Of a stretch of 32,000 bases of DNA, positions 25,172 to 32,000 are shown in pieces (position 1 is the stretch's first letter; the number at the start of each line of letters is the position of its first letter). Source of the DNA: Telmatocola sphagniphila (GTDB lineage Bacteria; Planctomycetota; Planctomycetia; Gemmatales; Gemmataceae); the NCBI RefSeq assembly GCF_018398935.1, contig NZ_CP074694.1:6330001-6362000 (forward strand). The letters run 5' to 3'. The notes beneath the pieces were generated by a model. It saw nothing but the letters and a program-made list of their open reading frames with translations, did not search any database and was not told the origin of the DNA. The position numbers and the translations under genes are program-made.

Positions 25172-26104
25172 TTATTTTTTCGGTAAAAGGGCGGCGTAAA
25201 TCATGGTTACGAGCAGGTCGCCGGATACCGGGCCTCTGCCATATTTGATATCCAGGCGGGCTGTCGGCTTGGCTTCGACGATCTGCGGGAGAGTTTTCCC
25301 GGCTTCCATGAGTGGTTTGATCGCATCCCGAAGGGCTTTCAGCATATCCAGAAATTCCTTGAGTTCCGGAACACCGCATACTGCACCGTGGCCCGGGATG
25401 ATTTTGGTATCTTTGTCGACCATCTTGAGAGCCTTTTCGGACGCTTGGATCATCCCTTCCAGCGTTCCGCCAGTCGATGTGTCGATGAATGGATAAGTCC
25501 CATTAAAGAACAGATCGCCCATGTGCAGTAGATTGGCTTTGCGGAAGTGAATCAGGATGTCCGTATCAGTATGGCCGTTGGGCAGATATTCGAGAGCCAA
25601 TTCCTCCGGGCCATGATAAATGGTCATCGTGTCTTTGAACGTTAGCACGGGCCAGGCAGCTTCCGGTGAAGCCGGTATTTTCATTTTAAAAAGTTCGATA
25701 TTTTGATCCGCGGCCAATCGCTTGCGAGTATTTTCGTGAGCGACGATAGTGATTCCCGATTTAGCGAGCGCTTCATTGCCCCCGGCGTGATCGAAGTGCC
25801 AGTGAGTGTTCACCACCATTTTCAGTGGTTTAGTTGTGATCGCCGAAATACTTTTCCCGATATCGTTGGTTCGTCCGGGAACTCCGCAATCGACGATCAA
25901 AACACCTTGTTCCGCTGCCGAGATGGCAATGTTACCACCGGGACCGGTGAGGAGGTGAACGTTATCGCGCAAAGGCGAAGTGACAATCTTGGCCTCGTCG
26001 AAGGCCGAGGTTACCGGTTTTTTGTCCTGAGCGAAAAGAGGCTCGCCGAACATTCCGGTAAGCAAGGTGCCGCTGAATAACTTCATGAGATCGCGTCGGT
26101 CCAT
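25172..26104 (-). CDS. MBL-fold metallo-hydrolase, exported
   Basis: 310 aa, ATG 26104 preceded by AGGA. It has the signal MDRRDLMKLFSGTLLTGMF…AQD and the HxHxDH motif NTHWHFDHAGGN. Confidence 0.85.
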   Translation of the reverse strand: MDRRDLMKLFSGTLLTGMFGEPLFAQDKKPVTSAFDEAKIVTSPLRDNVHLLTGPGGNIAISAAEQGVLIVDCGVPGRTNDIGKSISAITTKPLKMVVNTHWHFDHAGGNEALAKSGITIVAHENTRKRLAADQNIELFKMKIPASPEAAWPVLTFKDTMTIYHGPEELALEYLPNGHTDTDILIHFRKANLLHMGDLFFNGTYPFIDTSTGGTLEGMIQASEKALKMVDKDTKIIPGHGAVCGVPELKEFLDMLKALRDAIKPLMEAGKTLPQIVEAKPTARLDIKYGRGPVSGDLLVTMIYAALLPKK

Positions 26105-26280
26105 GGAGATTCCTATTTGCAGAACGAATTGGTGAATAACTTCCTTAAATGATTCTAGGCAAAGCCTGTCAGAAAGGGTGTGGACTCAAAAAACGCGAAT
26201 GGGGACAAGAAAACGATTTGTACGGATTCACTCCGTTTTGAAGGAATCCGCACGGATTGATTATTAAGGCGGCGGGGATA

Positions 26281-27450
26281 TTATTTCTTCTCGCGAAGCG
26301 TCTTATTCAGCTGCTCTATGGCCGTATGTAAAGCTTTAATTTCTGCTTTTAGAGACTCCAATTCCTCATTGGATTTGGCCGTTTTTTCCTTTATTTGCTC
26401 CTGAAATTTCCCAAATTGTTCTAGGAGAATCGCGTCGCGAGTGCCTTGAACTTTCACAGTTTTTTCCGCCAGGGTACTGGTGGTATTTGTTGCCTGAGTT
26501 AAAGCGCGGTAGTCATTGGCGTAACGATTACCTTGAATGTAAGAAGACCATAACTTAAGCCTAAGATCCCCTAAGGAAGGATCGGCTTCCGCGCTGGTCG
26601 GCTCTGGTGTTCGAAGAGCAGGCGTGATGGTAACGGAGTTAGCATTACCATCACGCAGGTAGACCAGCGTTGTTGGTTGATCTTTCGTCGCCTGCACCTG
26701 TGCAGACAAGGTCTCAGAGCTGCTGATTCCTTTCTTGCCGAGACTAAGAATAATGTCGTGCTTTTTGAGGCCTATCTTTTCGGCGGGACTGTCCTTAACA
26801 ACTTCATTGATAACGACACCTTCATTTGCAGGGACTTTCAACTGAGTGCGCAGCACCTCTTCAATCGTGGAAATTTGTACCCCGATATAGTAATCTTTTT
26901 TCTCGGAAGGAACCGAGCCAAAACTGACGCTGGAAACCGGCCGAATGGAAATGGAGATTGCTTTTCCATCCCGTAAGAGTTTCAAAACCAATTTCGCTTC
27001 CTTGGCTGCTTTAAGTATTTCTGTTAAGTCATTTGCCGAGCCCAGTGGCTTATCGGCGAGGGTAAGCAATATATCATTGTCTTTCAAACCGATCTTTTGA
27101 GCCGGACCTTGATCGTCTAAATTGTTGACCTGTAAGCCTTGACCTGAGGGGATTTTGAGTTGCGCCCGGGCCGTATCGCTGATGGGCGAGAGCGAGGCAC
27201 CATAGATATTTCGAATTTTTACCAGAGCTCGATCATACAATACCTCGGCTAACTGCACCTCCGCTTGCTTGTACCGCAATTGTGCGTTAAGTTGAGCTCT
27301 CTCCATTTCTCTCTGTGCTTGTAAACGTGACTCAATTTGATTGACAATCTCGGCTGTCTGGGCCCAGACGGATCCAGAATTCAAGCAAAATGCAACCGCC
27401 ATTCCACAAAGGGATCGCAAAAATAACGATCGCCCAAATTGATAGCGCAT
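26281..27450 (-). CDS. Exported tandem-PDZ, coiled-coil protein (HtrA-like PDZ pair without protease domain)
   Basis: The track start 27456 is TTG. ATG 27450 is preferred, with AAGGAG 9 nt upstream. The protein has a signal peptide and two PDZ repeats (…GLQVNNLDDQGPAQKIGLKDNDILLTL… and …GVVINEVVKDSPAEKIGLKKHDIILSL…). Predicted coiled coils lie at both ends. Confidence 0.8.
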   Translation of the reverse strand: MRYQFGRSLFLRSLCGMAVAFCLNSGSVWAQTAEIVNQIESRLQAQREMERAQLNAQLRYKQAEVQLAEVLYDRALVKIRNIYGASLSPISDTARAQLKIPSGQGLQVNNLDDQGPAQKIGLKDNDILLTLADKPLGSANDLTEILKAAKEAKLVLKLLRDGKAISISIRPVSSVSFGSVPSEKKDYYIGVQISTIEEVLRTQLKVPANEGVVINEVVKDSPAEKIGLKKHDIILSLGKKGISSSETLSAQVQATKDQPTTLVYLRDGNANSVTITPALRTPEPTSAEADPSLGDLRLKLWSSYIQGNRYANDYRALTQATNTTSTLAEKTVKVQGTRDAILLEQFGKFQEQIKEKTAKSNEELESLKAEIKALHTAIEQLNKTLREKK

Positions 27451-27498
27451 GGTCAATACTCCTTAAGTTTCGGACTAAATTAAAAAATTGTTTTCGGT

Positions 27499-28086
27499 TC
27501 AATAAGTTCGGTTGCCGGGGTGGTGCAGATAGACTTCCTGCACAGGAACAGTCACTGTCCGCCCATCCTGCATTTGCAAGGTGAGTTTCCTCTCCTGTAA
27601 CTCCGTGAAAAAGCCTCGCTCGGCCCAGAGCCTGGTCAACTCCGCCAATTCCTTCGATGTTTGCGGAGTCGAAACTGGTACCGATTCCGAAGGCTTTTCC
27701 AGCGGAGTGTTCTTAACAGTAATTTCGCTAGGTGTTTCAACGGGTTGTTGAACCACTTCCCGGGCGGTCGGCTGAATCGAATGGCCGAGATAGAAAGTTA
27801 ATAACAGACTGGCGGCGAGTAGTGCGACACGAGGAATAAATCCCCACCCAAACTTGGACTTCGTCGATTTGGCTGGCATAATTTCCTGCCGCGGCGCTTC
27901 AGCTACTTCTCTAAAGGTCGCTCGCCAGGTCTGAGCTTCCAGGAATGTCAGAGCGCAAGTTCGCCAGCCGTCGGGTTCTATCTCCAACCTTCGAAGTAAC
28001 GCCTGGCGATCTTGTTCAGGTAACTCACCATCGACCAGTCGATCAATCAGTTGAGATAGTTCCAAGTTGTTTTTTTTTGCATTCAT
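27499..28086 (-). CDS. Putative anti-sigma factor (single-pass membrane protein)
   Basis: 195 aa. ATG 28086 lies 2 nt after the sigma-factor stop. The N-terminus (…LIDRLVDGELPEQDRQALLRRLEIEPDGWRTCALTFLEAQTWR…) is followed by one TM segment (FIPRVALLAASLLLTFYL). The call rests on position and architecture. Confidence 0.65.
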   Translation of the reverse strand: MNAKKNNLELSQLIDRLVDGELPEQDRQALLRRLEIEPDGWRTCALTFLEAQTWRATFREVAEAPRQEIMPAKSTKSKFGWGFIPRVALLAASLLLTFYLGHSIQPTAREVVQQPVETPSEITVKNTPLEKPSESVPVSTPQTSKELAELTRLWAERGFFTELQERKLTLQMQDGRTVTVPVQEVYLHHPGNRTY

Positions 28087-28088
28087 AT

Positions 28089-28670
28089 CTATTCCGCCGA
28101 ATCCATTGCATCGCTAGCCAGGATCGATTCGCGTAGCCGTTGTCGGGCTCGATGCAGTCGTGTTTCGATACAGCTTTCGCTCACACCCAAATGCAGCGAC
28201 AGTTCCCTGTAACTCCAGTCCTCGGTGTACTTCAACAAAAGTATCTGAGCATCAATCGCACTCAACTTTGCCAAGGCCTTCCGAACCAGAATTTTGCGTT
28301 CATCGCTGAGCAGCAAATTAAGCGGATCGGGTTTTGTACTCGCTTCATCACTTCGCTCCCGCGCGAATCCGCCGAGAAATTTCCGATACCGGCCCATTCG
28401 TCGTCGGTACATGAGGGATTGACGCAAAGCGACGCGATAGAGCCAGGCCCCCACCCGAGAGGGATCGCACAGGGGCGTCTTGTGCGAGATGGCCGCGAGG
28501 GAAACCTCCTGCATCACTTCTTCCACCGCTTGCCAGATACCCAGGCGCGCGAATAATGAAGTCCGCAGCCATCGGTCATGTTGGCTCAAAGCCCGCGGCC
28601 AATCGATACTGACTGCCGCCGGGAAGGGCGAACAGTTTTCTGCCTCGGTTGGAGTCGGGTTCTTGGCCAT
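28089..28670 (-). CDS. ECF-type RNA polymerase sigma-70 family factor
   Basis: The track start is 28772. ATG 28670 (MAKNPTP…) is preferred. Region 2 is …AWLYRVALRQSLMYRRR… and the region 4 HTH is …WSYRELSLHLGVSESCIETRLHRARQRLRE…. Confidence 0.85.
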   Translation of the reverse strand: MAKNPTPTEAENCSPFPAAVSIDWPRALSQHDRWLRTSLFARLGIWQAVEEVMQEVSLAAISHKTPLCDPSRVGAWLYRVALRQSLMYRRRMGRYRKFLGGFARERSDEASTKPDPLNLLLSDERKILVRKALAKLSAIDAQILLLKYTEDWSYRELSLHLGVSESCIETRLHRARQRLRESILASDAMDSAE

Positions 28671-28811
28671 GACTAAGAGAATACTTGCCGGCCAATTGCA
28701 AATCTTGCGGGAAATGGAAAAGAAATTTTTGGAATGAGAGATTGGGCGATCAACAGACTTCAAGGGGAGCAACGCAATTTTGAGCTTAAGTCAGAAATTG
28801 ATTTTGCGAAA

Positions 28812-30023
28812 TTACTTCAATACCTTTCGTTCTTTCAGATCGTATTTCGTGCCGGCAGGGTAAGCTTCGTAATCGGGTTCGCCTTCAACGACCGGTTTGC
28901 GACGATCGTAAAAATGCACTTTGCCTTTCCCCATAATCTCGGCCGTGGTGCCTCGCACGATGATGGCGGTCGCTTCATCCAGTCCGATTCCAAGATATTG
29001 CGGGTAAGCTTTCATGAAGCCGGTCATATCTTTGAATCGATTCCGAGCAGTAAAGTGTTGGTCGATGGCTGTGCCGGGCAGAAACGCCAGAGCCCTCTCG
29101 TACCCCTCGCACATCATAATATTTGGACCAGCCGGCGCGCCGCGCACCATGTAATCTCCCTGGATCGTGGCACCGGCCGAGGATCCGCCGATTACGCCGC
29201 CCCGTTTGAGTACTTCGCGAAATAGATCGGGAAGTTTAGTACCTTCATAAGCGTCCATGAAATTCCACTGCCGGCCGCCGCCGAACCAGATGCCGGTCGC
29301 TTTCTTGAGTATTTCAAGTGTCTTGGGATCTTCCAGATCCTTCTGTTCGCGAAAGGGGATGACGTGAACATTTTTTGCACCGAGCTTTCGCATGAAAGTT
29401 TCTTCGGGCTGAGTTTTAATAGGGTCGGGCATCGAAATTGGCAGGAAAACGAACTCGCCATCCGAACCGCCGCCGGCTTCGACGAACGCTTTCGCGATTT
29501 CCGTCGGCATACCGCCCCCGCCGACGATCACCAGGGTGCCGTTGGGGACGTTCGGCACAGGAACTTCTTTGGGTGGGTAGGGGGAACCGGCTAAGCGATC
29601 CGCCGCGCAGCGCCGCATTTCGTTGTAATCGGCCGATCTCTTCCCCTCAAGATCGATATGGCGAGCTTCTCGATTTTTGGATTTTGCGAGTCGAATTGTG
29701 ATCTTCCCTTTGCCCACGTTGGTCATTTTACGGGAGTCAATCAGAAGATAGGCTTCCGAAGGAATGTGTATTCCGACGCTGCCCGGCTTCGGTTCCTCGG
29801 TCACTTTATTCAAGAGTTGCAATCCCGCCGGGAGCCGGCCTTTCTTGACATCCACTACCGTCAGCATTTCGCCGTCGAGCAGATCTTTGGGCTTTTCTCC
29901 ATTCAACAGCAGGAATTTGCCTTTCAGTCCATAGGGAGATAGGTGCTCGGCCTGAGGACTCGCGGGATCTTGGGAAAAAGCGGGACTAACGAATAATAGC
30001 AACACCAGGGGAAGAATGCGCAT
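28812..30023 (-). CDS. Secreted cyanophycinase-like peptidase (family S51) with N-terminal extension
   Basis: 403 aa, AGGAG 6 nt upstream, signal MRILPLVLLLFVSPAFSQ. The C-terminal ~260 aa carry LVIVGGGG…, WFGGGRQWN and the Ser-nucleophile motif VIGGSSAGATIQG. The first ~140 mature residues are unassigned. Confidence 0.8.
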   Translation of the reverse strand: MRILPLVLLLFVSPAFSQDPASPQAEHLSPYGLKGKFLLLNGEKPKDLLDGEMLTVVDVKKGRLPAGLQLLNKVTEEPKPGSVGIHIPSEAYLLIDSRKMTNVGKGKITIRLAKSKNREARHIDLEGKRSADYNEMRRCAADRLAGSPYPPKEVPVPNVPNGTLVIVGGGGMPTEIAKAFVEAGGGSDGEFVFLPISMPDPIKTQPEETFMRKLGAKNVHVIPFREQKDLEDPKTLEILKKATGIWFGGGRQWNFMDAYEGTKLPDLFREVLKRGGVIGGSSAGATIQGDYMVRGAPAGPNIMMCEGYERALAFLPGTAIDQHFTARNRFKDMTGFMKAYPQYLGIGLDEATAIIVRGTTAEIMGKGKVHFYDRRKPVVEGEPDYEAYPAGTKYDLKERKVLK

Positions 30024-30146
30024 AGTGACTCCTGCGGTGCATGAGAAACGGCATCGAATATCTTAGTGAGGCTGGGGAGTAGGAAAAAAATGCGGAATGC
30101 AATTCTCATGACCCTTTCATGGAAAGAGTCAGGGAAGAAGAAAAAA

Positions 30147-31199
30147 TCAGTCGCCGTAGCGGGATTCCACGCGATCCAGTAATCGATCTTCGAATTTGTC
30201 GAGTTCGGTATCCGTGGCTCGCGGGGGCTCGACGGGTGGTCGAGCGTGCTGATTCGGGCGAGGGTTGGGTGCCGGATTTCTTTGCGACGGCGGCGGATTA
30301 ACTCCCGTGCCGCGGGGGGCCACTGGGGTGGTGGGACGAGTTGGCCGCGGGCCGTTGCTCTGAACGACCGGTTGAGGCAGAATAATTCGCTCTTGCTTCA
30401 TTTCCTCGCCAAAGCGAGTGACCACATAGGTGCCGCTGGTTTTGTGTTTCTCCAGCTCAATGAAGCCCTGCTGCGCGGCGTCTTCCAGCAGTGCTGTGAA
30501 AGTTCTATAGCCGTGATATTCTTCGTTGAAGCTCGGCTTCTTCCGCTTCATCGTGTCCTTGATCATGGAAGACCATAGGACTTCCTTATTTTCGCGGCGA
30601 AGGGCCAGAAGTGATTCCATGAGAAGGCCCATAACCTTCTTTTTGCTTTCCGGAATCGATTGGCTTAACGAGGCCGAGAGGGTCGGCTTATCGAGATCGT
30701 CGTAATAGATGAATTCATCGCAGTTGTCGCGCAGAAGGTCGCTGGTAGCCTCGGCCAAACCGATACCGATAACATGCTTGCCGAGTTCCTTGAGCTTGGA
30801 AACCAGTGGTGAAAAATCGCTGTCTCCGGAGACGATACCGAAAGTGTCGATATGGTCCTTGGAGAAGGCGAGATCCATGGCATCGACGCAAAGTCGGATG
30901 TCGGCTGAGTTCTTACCGATCTGCGAGCGCTTGGGAATCTCGATCAACTCGAAGGCGGCTTCGTGGAGCATGCCGGTGAAGTTGCCGAATCGAGACCAAT
31001 CGGCGTAGGCCTTCTTGGCTACGATCTTGCCCTTTTCCACCAGCCGTTCCAGGACTTTGGAAACCTGAAAGGTGTCTCGGCGGTTCTTAAGGCCGATACC
31101 GATATTTTCAAAGTCCAGGAATACCGCCAGCGTACGCTCGCCATCCGCCATTCGAGGTGATTTCACAGCATATCTCGTCGAGTGATTGACTTCTGCCAT
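30147..31199 (-). CDS. NYN (LabA/PIN-like) domain + OST-HTH/LOTUS domain protein with Pro-rich tail
   Basis: 350 aa. NYN region: LAVFLDFENIG…KKAYADWSRF…GIVSGDSDFSPLVSKLKELGKHVIGIG. LOTUS-like region: …LWSSMIKDTMKRKKPSFNEEYHGYRTFTALLEDAAQQGFIELE…. The start is uncertain (31199 or the Met at 31151). Confidence 0.85.
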   Translation of the reverse strand: MAEVNHSTRYAVKSPRMADGERTLAVFLDFENIGIGLKNRRDTFQVSKVLERLVEKGKIVAKKAYADWSRFGNFTGMLHEAAFELIEIPKRSQIGKNSADIRLCVDAMDLAFSKDHIDTFGIVSGDSDFSPLVSKLKELGKHVIGIGLAEATSDLLRDNCDEFIYYDDLDKPTLSASLSQSIPESKKKVMGLLMESLLALRRENKEVLWSSMIKDTMKRKKPSFNEEYHGYRTFTALLEDAAQQGFIELEKHKTSGTYVVTRFGEEMKQERIILPQPVVQSNGPRPTRPTTPVAPRGTGVNPPPSQRNPAPNPRPNQHARPPVEPPRATDTELDKFEDRLLDRVESRYGD

Positions 31200-31347
31200 T
31201 CTACAAAAATTTGATGGGTTTCATCAATGTTCCCGGGCAGGAATTAGCGAAGCCGCACTTTTCGGGGAACGCTTAATCGATTCGACGGGAGTTCTTCAGG
31301 GGCTACAATGGCTACTTCTGGAGCGGAATGCCATATAAGGAAGTAGC

Positions 31348-32000
31348 GTGATACGATATTTGGTAGTACTGGCAGGACTGCTATCTCCCGGCTATGTGCT
31401 GGCCCAGGGAAATTCCACGGAGAGGAAGTATATCTCGACTCCCTGGCATCTGGTCGACACCTGGTGGGATCTCGGCAAAGAAATGCCGTTCGAGAGCTAC
31501 AGCGTCGATGTTACCCTCAGCGATACGGTTAATCCGAAAATTCCCTTGTATATCGCGCCTATCGGACTGGGGCATTTGAACAAAATCCCCTTTTATGGTG
31601 GAATCCAGACTCAATTGGATGGAAATACCAAAAAGGACACCCGGCTGCGCAAGCTGGGACCTGGATTTCTCTTTTCAATGTGGGAAGAACGTCGGCTCGA
31701 GGCAATTCGCCCGGCGGACGGCGGTTTCTGCCAGAGTTCCGGCCACGAAGGAGATTTCGTCAGTGTCCGCCGACCTTATGAGTGGACGAAAGGGAAATAT
31801 ACCTATCGTCTCACCAAAATGGATAAAGAAATGGTCGATGGCCAGCCCGCCACCTGGGTGGGAGCATTCGTCTACAGCCATGAAAAGGACGAAAATATTT
31901 TCGTCGGGGCGCTGCGGTTCAAAGGGGAAAACCTGGTCCTGGATCGCAAAGTCGCCAATTTCGTGGAAATCTACGGACGGGTAATTCCCACCACCGATAT
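31348..32000 (+). CDS. Secreted hypothetical protein, 5' partial (runs off window)
   Basis: This ORF is not in the ORF track because it has no stop in the window. GTG 31348 is the first start after an in-frame TAA at 31336-8, with AAGGAAG at 31337-43. My hand translation is MIRYLVVLAGLLSPGYVLAQGNSTERKYISTPWHLVDTWWDLGKEMPFESYSVDV…FKGENLVLDRKVANFVEIYGRVIPTTD. That is about 217 codons with no stop, plus a clear signal peptide. Confidence 0.7.
   Translation, partial: MIRYLVVLAGLLSPGYVLAQGNSTERKYISTPWHLVDTWWDLGKEMPFESYSVDVTLSDTVNPKIPLYIAPIGLGHLNKIPFYGGIQTQLDGNTKKDTRLRKLGPGFLFSMWEERRLEAIRPADGGFCQSSGHEGDFVSVRRPYEWTKGKYTYRLTKMDKEMVDGQPATWVGAFVYSHEKDENIFVGALRFKGENLVLDRKVANFVEIYGRVIPTTD

Noticed and set aside
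24552-25379. A 275-aa minus-strand ORF bridging the end of DUF1501 and the end of the MBL hydrolase gene.
   Set aside because: It spans two convergent, well-supported genes in wrong frames. Its composition is Arg/Pro/Gly-rich noise.
31595-31984. A 129-aa + strand ORF listed in the track.
   Set aside because: It overlaps, in a different frame, a longer open-ended ORF (from 31348) that has a signal peptide and SD, so the listed ORF is probably spurious.
1-32000. A scan for CRISPR arrays, tRNA/rRNA/tmRNA, IS elements, integrases, toxin-antitoxin pairs, reverse transcriptases and known defence-system hallmarks.
   Set aside because: I saw no regularly spaced direct repeats, no tRNA-like T-arm (GGTTCGAATCC-type) in the spacers, and no transposase, integrase, RT or nuclease-ATPase combinations among the ORFs. 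This was a visual inspection only, so small or degenerate elements could have been missed.

Overview
This 32-kb window reads as a Planctomycetota chromosome. That is an inference from two DUF1559 'H-X9-DG' pseudopilin-like genes, a DUF1501 gene, paired Cys-type sulfatases, many Sec/Tat-signal proteins, and a GC content that looks a little above 50% by eye. All family calls come from motifs I recognise by reading; no search was run.

I call 28 protein-coding genes. One is open-ended at the 3' edge and is missing from the supplied ORF track. I also call 5 intrinsic terminators. I found no rRNA, tRNA, CRISPR array, transposase, integrase or phage gene.

Layout:
- rpsO-pnp, where PNPase carries an extra Arg/Gly-rich tail.
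- A terminator-bounded accessory block: two tandem DUF1559 + small-lipoprotein cassettes, then a Cys/Pro/Ala-rich secreted protein.
- queD, a ThuA-like gene and truD.
- An ALDH / M19 dipeptidase / GNAT / DPP-IV run.
- A minus-strand run: sulfatase, sulfatase, HExxH protein, enolase-superfamily enzyme, LTXXQ+YHYH protein.
- PEBP, DUF1501 and an MBL hydrolase.
- A minus-strand run: NYN-LOTUS, secreted S51 peptidase, ECF sigma, anti-sigma, tandem-PDZ protein.

Nothing here is a recognisable defence, mobile or biosynthetic system. The most system-like uncharacterised units are:
1. The duplicated DUF1559 + lipoprotein cassette.
2. The adjacent Cys-rich secreted protein with its long leader.
3. The ECF sigma / anti-sigma / protease-less tandem-PDZ module, whose anti-sigma gene begins with an A9 homopolymer.

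Several ORF-track starts are TTG or GTG codons shown as M; I re-picked starts where an ATG plus a Shine-Dalgarno sequence fitted better.
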